Source of the DNA: Candidatus Nanopelagicales bacterium
GTDB taxonomy: Bacteria > Actinomycetota > Actinomycetes > S36-B12
Assembly: GCA_017857175.1 (NCBI GenBank)
Contig: JAFMDS010000004.1
Location: forward strand, 1,588 to 65,587
DNA length: 64,000 nucleotides
Reading direction: 5' to 3'
Position 1 is the first letter of the stretch. Every line of letters starts with the position of its first letter. A model generated the notes under the pieces. The model had not been told where the DNA came from and did no database searches. It worked only from the letters and a program-made list of their open reading frames with translations. Made by a program: the position numbers and the translations under genes. This document shows positions 57,941-64,000 of this stretch, piece after piece.

Positions 57941-58086
57941 AATAGGGTCCGAGGTTAGGGGGATCCCCCCGTGAGCACGCTCTCGAAATTCTGCGAGTGA
58001 GATGTCCCACCCTGTTGTAATGTGACTTTTTGGACCAAATCATGCAACCTAGGACTGGAAATTCCACAGACTTTATGAGGTTTTCA

Positions 58087-58701
58087 ATGCAAAAGATAAC
58101 GAGGCTGAGCGCTGCTGCGCTCGCATTCTCGCTACTTCTTGCACCGGTGGTTCAGGCGCAGGCAGATGAACTAGCGCCAGACACGCCCGCCGAGGCCACC
58201 ACGGAGCTTCCTGCTGAAGATATCCCGGTCAATGATTCTGAGATCCCTGTGGGTGATGAAGGAAATAACCCTGAAGACGCCGGGTCCAAGCAGTTAAGAA
58301 TCGCCACTGAGACTTTTCATGCATTTGGTTCCCCGCAGTCCAGTGACCTCAAGGGCTTTATGCCTAGCCTCTATCAAGGCAAATGGTTTATGCCCAACAA
58401 AGAAGAGCGCAGAAAATGTATTGCCAAGCGCGAGGGACACAATAACTACAAATCAGTCAGCGCGGGCGGTCTGTATCGCGGTACGTATCAGTTCTCGAAA
58501 GCACTCGCACGCGGTGCAGCGTGGATGATGCAAAAAGAGGTCAGGAATGAAATGGGTCAATCGGGTGTTGAGTTAGTCCAAGAACTCCGCAAGACCCCCA
58601 TGAATCAGTGGAACAGGTACTGGCAGGATCGAGCGTTCTGGACGATCTGGCGCAAGGGGGCAGGTTCAAATCATTGGTCAGGCGGACATCGATCCTGTTA
58701 A
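58087..58701 (+). CDS. Secreted lytic-transglycosylase/Rpf-like protein
   Basis: ATG at 58087 with a GAGG SD. Signal peptide ending VQAQA. The motif CIAKREGHNNYKSVSAGGLYRGTYQF resembles transglycosylase-like domains (C..ES.GN...G.Y.G.YQF). Confidence 0.55.
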   Translation: MQKITRLSAAALAFSLLLAPVVQAQADELAPDTPAEATTELPAEDIPVNDSEIPVGDEGNNPEDAGSKQLRIATETFHAFGSPQSSDLKGFMPSLYQGKWFMPNKEERRKCIAKREGHNNYKSVSAGGLYRGTYQFSKALARGAAWMMQKEVRNEMGQSGVELVQELRKTPMNQWNRYWQDRAFWTIWRKGAGSNHWSGGHRSC

Positions 58702-58708
58702 CAGGAGT

Positions 58709-60367
58709 TTATTGTGGGGGACCTACCGGAATTTGGGCCGCAATGGGTCGCAAGGTCTCGGCAAAGAAATCATTGCCTTTGTCATCCACAACTAGGAATG
58801 CAGGAAAATTCTCGACTTCGATTTTCCAAACCGCCTCCATGCCAAGTTCAGCGAAATCCAACACATCGACTTTGGTGATGTTGTCCTGCGCTAGGCGCGC
58901 GGCAGGGCCACCAATAGATCCAAGGTAGAAGCCACCATTTTCTTGGCATGCCCGGGTCACGGCTGAGCTTCGATTCCCTTTCGCCAACATGACCATGGAT
59001 CCACCCGCCTTTTGAAACTGATCGACATAGCTATCCATGCGTCCTGCCGTTGTCGGCCCAAAGGAGCCTGACGCCATTCCCTCAGGTGTCTTAGCGGGCC
59101 CTGCATAGTAGACGGGGTAGTCGCGCAGATACTGGGGCATTGGCTCACCGCGGTCCAGCATCTCCTTGATTCGTGCATGTGCCAAATCCCTAGCAACGAC
59201 GAGAGATCCGGTGAGTGAAAGCCTGCTGCGAATGGGAAGTTTGCTGAGTGTTTCGCGGATCTCAGACATGGGGCGGTTGAGGTCGATGGCAATGACGTCG
59301 TCATCGAGGTGTTCATCGGTAATTTCAGGCAGGTAGTGAGCTGGCTCGGTCTCAAGTTGCTCCAGAAAGGCTCCGTCGGGGGTAATTTTTGCTTTTGCCT
59401 GACGGTCAGCAGAACATGACACCGCAATGGCAACGGGACACGACGCACCATGACGCGGTAAGCGAATAACTCGAACATCGTGACAGAAGTACTTGCCGCC
59501 AAACTGTGCTCCAATACCAAACTGCTGGGTCATGAGGTGAATTTCTTGTTCCATGGCTAGGTCGCGATATCCAGAGCCATCAGCCGACCCGTGTACTGGA
59601 AGCGTGTCCAAGTAGTGAGCTGAAGCTAACTTCGCTGTTTTCAATGCAAACTCTGCGCTCGTACCACCGACGACAACGGCAAGATGGTAGGGCGGGCATG
59701 CTGCGGTTCCAATGCTTCTAAGTTTTTCATCGAGGAACGCTGCAAACTTCGCTGGATTCAGGAGTGCGGCGGTTTCCTGGTAGAGGAAACTCTTGTTAGC
59801 GCTACCGCCACCTTTTGCCATATAGAGAAATTCATAAGACATTTCCTTGGCAGGATCGGAATATATTTCGATTTGCGCTGGAAGGTTCGTCCCAGTATTT
59901 CTTTCCTCCCACATGGAAAGGGGGGAGAGTTGGGAGTAGCGCAAATTCAACTGTGCAAATGCGTCATAGACGCCGCGTGACAGTGCCTGTGCATCATCAC
60001 CAGCGGTAATGACATTTTGCCCTCGCTTACCCATGATGATTGCGGTACCTGTGTCTTGGCACATGGGAAGGATGCCTCCGGCTGAGATGTTGGCGTTCTT
60101 GAGAAGGTCAAGTGCCACGAATCGATCATTGGGACTTGACTCGGGGTCATCGAGAATGTGGCGTAGTTGCGCCAAGTGCTCTGGGCGTAGCAGGTGCGAT
60201 ATATCTCGCATTGCCGCGAAGGTCAATGTGGTGATTGCCTCAGGCGCAATAGTGAGAAACTCTCGGTCCCCGAGTGTGGCCGTGCCGATTCCCTCGGTTG
60301 TTATCAACCTGTAGGGAGTCGAATCTGGGGCCAAGGGGAGCATGTCGGTGTACACAAAGTCAGTCAC
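58709..60367 (-). CDS. fumA: Class I (Fe-S, FumA-type) fumarate hydratase
   Basis: 552 aa. Motif [17 protein letters not shown]. Fused alpha and beta domains. Confidence 0.9.
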   Translation of the reverse strand: MTDFVYTDMLPLAPDSTPYRLITTEGIGTATLGDREFLTIAPEAITTLTFAAMRDISHLLRPEHLAQLRHILDDPESSPNDRFVALDLLKNANISAGGILPMCQDTGTAIIMGKRGQNVITAGDDAQALSRGVYDAFAQLNLRYSQLSPLSMWEERNTGTNLPAQIEIYSDPAKEMSYEFLYMAKGGGSANKSFLYQETAALLNPAKFAAFLDEKLRSIGTAACPPYHLAVVVGGTSAEFALKTAKLASAHYLDTLPVHGSADGSGYRDLAMEQEIHLMTQQFGIGAQFGGKYFCHDVRVIRLPRHGASCPVAIAVSCSADRQAKAKITPDGAFLEQLETEPAHYLPEITDEHLDDDVIAIDLNRPMSEIRETLSKLPIRSRLSLTGSLVVARDLAHARIKEMLDRGEPMPQYLRDYPVYYAGPAKTPEGMASGSFGPTTAGRMDSYVDQFQKAGGSMVMLAKGNRSSAVTRACQENGGFYLGSIGGPAARLAQDNITKVDVLDFAELGMEAVWKIEVENFPAFLVVDDKGNDFFAETLRPIAAQIPVGPPQ

Positions 60368-60384
60368 ACCACAACTCTAGATCC

Positions 60385-62226
60385 CTAACTCGGTAATAAC
60401 CACCATGAGGCAAAACCTGGGATGTGCACTTGGTCACCGAAATCCAGTTCATCCCCTGTAATTAAGTCAACAGGTGTTACCTCGCAGGGGAATTCATCCA
60501 AAGAGAGCACTGCTGGGTCAGGGCTCATGTTGTATGCCTCCACGAGCACTCCCCGTTCGCCATCTCGGACCACGAAAAAGACGCCATTGTGGGATGTGGT
60601 GACGACAGTGGAACTTTGTGAGGCGTGTAATTGTGGGAGGGACTTGCGAGCAGTAGCAAGTCTGGTGATTCGCGCGGACAGCTGAAGCGCGATATCCCGA
60701 CCCTGTTCTGTCAGGTCTTCAAACTTCGGCATGTGAGGACGATGGACCCAGCGGCTATCCGCCTTCTCTTCATCGCGGAGTAGGTAGGAGTGATCATTGA
60801 GCAGCCCCCATTCGTCGCCCATGTAAATAAGGGGTAGTCCCCCGAACCCGAACACAATGGCATATCCACAAAAGACTCGGTCCATTGCCGAATTGATTGC
60901 ATGTGAGTCATTAGTTTCCAGTGCAAGTTCCAAACCAGCAAGACTTGCCGCGGTACCCGAAATTCTTCGATCACCAGTAGCGGGATTTACTTGGAACAGG
61001 ACACCGCGAGCGGGGGAATCAGGGAATATGCCGCTGTAATAATCGGCGAGAAATGATCGATGACCAAAACCGCTCCAGCCCAAAGCTTGTGCATCAGAAT
61101 CATCGATCGCCCAGCCAATATCGTCGTGGCACCGCAGATAGGTGGTCCAGGTTGTGCCAGGGGGAAGCTTCTCAAACCGATTAAGTGCAACGGCCATGAG
61201 TCGTGCATCCCGCGCTGCGAAGGCAGACCAAATCTGAACCATTAGAGAGTTGTGGTAGGCCACGTCGCTCACTTTGCCCATGAAACGCCCTTGGCCGAGA
61301 TAGGCGCCAACGTCATTAGGTCCAACAATGGCCTCGGCCTGGAAGATCATGCTGGGAGCAACAATTCGAGCGAATGAGCGCAGAATCTGGGTAATACTGT
61401 GGACTTCTGACTGGTTCTGGCAGGCAGTGCCCATTCTCTTCCAAAGGAATGCGATGGCATCCAGCCTGAGGCAGTCCACGCCTTTATTGGCCAGAAAGCC
61501 AATGATGTCGAGGAATTCTAAGAGCACATCGGGATTAGACCAATTAACGTCCCATTGGTAGGAGTTAAACGTTGTCCACACCCAACTACTCAATTCGTCA
61601 TTCCACGTGAAGTTTCCCGGAGCGAAGTCTGGGAACACCTCGGGAAGGGATTCCTCGTATTGATCCGGAAGCGTTCTATCGGAATAGAGGTAGAAATAGT
61701 CCTGATATTTTTTCTCGCCACCGCGAGCCTTGACCGCCCATTCATGTTCGTAGGCGACATGATTCAGAACCAGATCAACTGTCAGCGTGACGTCATTGCT
61801 GTGCAATTTCCCGGCGAGAGTTTCCAAGTCAGAGATCGAGCCGAGGTTGGGAGCCACATTCCTAAAGTCCATGACGGCGTAACCACCGTCATTTTGTCCA
61901 GGCCGTGGTTTAAGCAAGGGCATGAGGTGCAAGTAGGTAACACCGAGTGACTTCAAATAAGGAATCTTGTGCGCTACACCTTTAAGGTCACCAGCAAACC
62001 TGTCCGTGTAGGCGACGTATCCCACTGCACTCTCACTCTGGTACCAGTCCGATGGCCGTTCAAGATCTCGAGCCTTGAGGGCCTTGCTTCGGGCACCATG
62101 GGTTGTATCCGCTAACGCGATGATTCTGGCGTACACCTCATCAACGTTTTCGCAGTAGAGATCCTCGAGGCCAGATCGAATGTCAGGGCCAAAAAGTGCA
62201 AGTCGGCTCGCAAAATGGTCAGACAT
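60385..62226 (-). CDS. Amylosucrase-type GH13 glucosyltransferase
   Basis: 613 aa. Long collinear resemblance to Neisseria amylosucrase as I recall it: YTDRFAGDLKGV..IPYLKSLGVTYLHLMPL, DGGYAV, VWTTFNSYQWDVNWSNP, CLRLDAIAFLWKRMGT, LRCHDDIGW, RISGTAASLAGL. Confidence 0.88.
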   Translation of the reverse strand: MSDHFASRLALFGPDIRSGLEDLYCENVDEVYARIIALADTTHGARSKALKARDLERPSDWYQSESAVGYVAYTDRFAGDLKGVAHKIPYLKSLGVTYLHLMPLLKPRPGQNDGGYAVMDFRNVAPNLGSISDLETLAGKLHSNDVTLTVDLVLNHVAYEHEWAVKARGGEKKYQDYFYLYSDRTLPDQYEESLPEVFPDFAPGNFTWNDELSSWVWTTFNSYQWDVNWSNPDVLLEFLDIIGFLANKGVDCLRLDAIAFLWKRMGTACQNQSEVHSITQILRSFARIVAPSMIFQAEAIVGPNDVGAYLGQGRFMGKVSDVAYHNSLMVQIWSAFAARDARLMAVALNRFEKLPPGTTWTTYLRCHDDIGWAIDDSDAQALGWSGFGHRSFLADYYSGIFPDSPARGVLFQVNPATGDRRISGTAASLAGLELALETNDSHAINSAMDRVFCGYAIVFGFGGLPLIYMGDEWGLLNDHSYLLRDEEKADSRWVHRPHMPKFEDLTEQGRDIALQLSARITRLATARKSLPQLHASQSSTVVTTSHNGVFFVVRDGERGVLVEAYNMSPDPAVLSLDEFPCEVTPVDLITGDELDFGDQVHIPGFASWWLLPS

Positions 62227-62231
62227 CGCTG

Positions 62232-63269
62232 CTATCTCGCAGAGGTGAAGTCAACCGAAGAGTAGCGAGATAGCTTTGCAATTCGGTGCTCGCTCTTAAT
62301 CTCACGAATGGTGCCACTCTTGCTTCGCATGACTATCGAGTGCGTCGTTGGTCCATTCGGTGTGTATCGGACCCCCTCCATGAGTTCGCCATCGGTGATT
62401 CCTGTGGCACAAAAGAAGTTGTTATTGCCTGTCACTAGGTCTGTTGTTGTGAGTACTCGGTTGACATCGTGACCCGCTTCTAACGCCTTGAGTTTTTCCT
62501 CTTCATTGGTGGGCCACAATTTCGCCTGAATTTCTCCCCCGATGCAGGTCATGGCGCAGGCGGTGATGATTCCCTCAGGTGTTCCACCAATTCCCATGAG
62601 AATATCGACACCCGTGCCTTCACGAGCTGCCATCACTGCACCAGCAACGTCACCGTCGGTGATGAACTTGATGCGAGCACCAGCTTCACGGATTTCACGG
62701 GCCATTTCGTCGTGGCGCGGACGGTCAAGAAGGCAGACGGTTAAGTCAGCAATGGACTCACCTTTAGCTTTTGCAACCTGTTCGAGGTTCCAAGCAATGG
62801 GTGCATCGATATCAACTTTCCCAGCGGAATCAGCACCAACGACAAGTTTCTTCATGTAAAACACTGAGCTCGGATCAAACATGGATCCGCGTTCAGCCAC
62901 GGCTATGACAGCGATGGCATTAGGCATGCCCTTGGCTGCGAGTGTGGTTCCATCAATGGGGTCCACGGCCACGTCGCACAAAGGTCCAGTGCCATCGCCC
63001 ACAAGTTCCCCATTGAAAAGCATGGGAGCTTCATCTTTCTCGCCTTCGCCAATGACGACGGTTCCATTCATGGTGACCCCGCTGACCAGGGTTCGCATGG
63101 CATTGACCGCGGCGCCGTCGGCACCGTTCTTGTCCCCGCGTCCCACCCAACGTGCGGCGGCCATGGCAGCGGCTTCCGTGACGCGGACCAATTCCATGGC
63201 CAAATTTCGATCCGGGACTTCCATGGAAGATTCGGATGAGAAGGAAGTTTGGTCGTCAAAGTCACTCAT
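62232..63269 (-). CDS. glpX: Class II fructose-1,6-bisphosphatase
   Basis: 345 aa from the ATG at 63269 (TACGCT box 6 nt upstream). Motifs VDPIDGT and GIGGTPEG. Confidence 0.92.
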   Translation of the reverse strand: MSDFDDQTSFSSESSMEVPDRNLAMELVRVTEAAAMAAARWVGRGDKNGADGAAVNAMRTLVSGVTMNGTVVIGEGEKDEAPMLFNGELVGDGTGPLCDVAVDPIDGTTLAAKGMPNAIAVIAVAERGSMFDPSSVFYMKKLVVGADSAGKVDIDAPIAWNLEQVAKAKGESIADLTVCLLDRPRHDEMAREIREAGARIKFITDGDVAGAVMAAREGTGVDILMGIGGTPEGIITACAMTCIGGEIQAKLWPTNEEEKLKALEAGHDVNRVLTTTDLVTGNNNFFCATGITDGELMEGVRYTPNGPTTHSIVMRSKSGTIREIKSEHRIAKLSRYSSVDFTSAR

Positions 63270-63310
63270 GGGGTAAGCGTATCGGTGGTGGAGGTGCCCC
63301 GATTGCCGTA

Positions 63311-63892
63311 ATGGCGCATGATGTCCTTGTGAGCGAGCCGACACCAACTGGGAAATCGAATGCCCGGATGAAGCAAACGGTGGGGGACATGGTGCGATCC
63401 ATGGCCGTGGTCCTCGCGGTTGTCGGTGCGATCTTGCTGGTTACGTGGCGCCCCCAGCCAGACCCTGTGCGGGAGGTCAACGTAGATCAGTTGTTGGTCG
63501 TCGCGGTGGCCCAAGCCGACTTTGACGTTGTGGTACCTGCCACGCCTGGTTTACGCGCAACGAGTGTGCGCTGGCAGCCAACTGAAGAATCGAAAGGTGA
63601 GATGGTGTGGCAAGTGGGCTACGTCACCGAAACCGACGAATTTCTTCAAGTGACCCAGTCCCGCTCAGACAGTTCGAAATTTCTATCAGTGGAAACAGTT
63701 CGCGGAGTTCCCCGTGGGAGTGTGGATATTGAGAGTCCTGTGGGTAATGAGTGGACGGAGTATCAGAGCGAAGCAAGTACCGCATTCGTTTCGATGAATA
63801 ACGGCACGACCACGATAGTGCGAGGTACCGGACCGCGCGAGGGAATTATTAGTGGTGTTGAGTCTCTCGTGCCCGGAGCTAGTCTTCAGTAG
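63311..63892 (+). CDS. DUF4245 domain protein
   Basis: Single transmembrane helix ([18 protein letters not shown]) followed by a soluble domain. Conserved position next to glpX. The start is ambiguous (63311, 63329 or 63368). Confidence 0.65.
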   Translation: MAHDVLVSEPTPTGKSNARMKQTVGDMVRSMAVVLAVVGAILLVTWRPQPDPVREVNVDQLLVVAVAQADFDVVVPATPGLRATSVRWQPTEESKGEMVWQVGYVTETDEFLQVTQSRSDSSKFLSVETVRGVPRGSVDIESPVGNEWTEYQSEASTAFVSMNNGTTTIVRGTGPREGIISGVESLVPGASLQ

Positions 63893-64000
63893 CGTCAATT
63901 CGATCACTGGCTTTTTTGAGCCACGTTTCACAAACTGCAGCGAGAGCATCGCCTCGTTCCCATAATTCAAGTGATTCCTCGAGCGTAAGATTTCCGCGCT
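63879..64000 (-). CDS. xseB: Exodeoxyribonuclease VII small subunit, 3' part only (5' end outside window)
   Basis: Not in the ORF track. The minus frame reads ...[39 protein letters not shown] with its stop at 63879-63881. Overlaps the DUF4245 3' end by 14 bp. Confidence 0.75.
   Translation of the reverse strand, partial: RGNLTLEESLELWERGDALAAVCETWLKKASDRIDATED

Noticed and set aside
57941-58086. Possible c-di-AMP (ydaO-type) riboswitch upstream of the transglycosylase-like gene, as found before rpfA-type genes in some actinobacteria.
   Set aside because: I could not find the conserved ydaO core strings as I remember them (for example GGGGACCCA or CAGCUAACCUCGUAAGC-like segments). Only a generic AGGGT...ACCCT pairing is present. 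A cmsearch would be decisive.

Overview
Gene-dense chromosomal segment of an actinobacterium. GC looks moderate by eye but was not computed. I call about 62 CDS and 2 tRNA genes. I saw no rRNA, CRISPR array, IS element or integrase. Many neighbouring genes overlap by 1-17 nt.

Gene order parallels the conserved actinobacterial core block known from M. tuberculosis Rv1011-Rv1108: ispE; glmU-prs-rplY-pth; mfd-mazG; eno-ftsB-DUF501-ppx; cbs-metB; greA-DUF4307-mca; DUF255 thioredoxin-like; Z-prenyl transferase; phoH2; fumarase-glpX-DUF4245-xseB.

Accessory modules interrupt this core:
- a VapBC toxin-antitoxin pair
- a desaturase-TetR-MarR unit
- a LacI / alpha-glucosidase / msiK / CUT1 ABC / beta-glucosidase sugar cluster
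- a tRNA-flanked block (I78 inhibitor lipoprotein, Bax-inhibitor-like protein, unknown ORF)
- sulfatase plus MFS transporter
- an HExxH hydrolase + DUF2786 pair
- a DrrAB-like exporter
- fructokinase
- a Mop-regulator-modABC-ung operon
- NfeD/SPFH
- tryptophan 2,3-dioxygenase + Lrp
- amylosucrase

Items most worth a second look:
1. A well-folded class-I tRNA that carries a Leu (UAA) anticodon.
2. The translationally coupled HExxH/DUF2786 pair of unknown function.
3. A perfect CRP-type site upstream of a secreted transglycosylase-like gene.
4. Dense palindromic operator arrays in front of vapB, marR and the desaturase.
5. A recurrent TAnnnT-N6-start (leaderless) promoter layout, including a 46-bp bidirectional msrA/metB control region.

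All functional calls come from reading motifs in the supplied translations. No database search was run.
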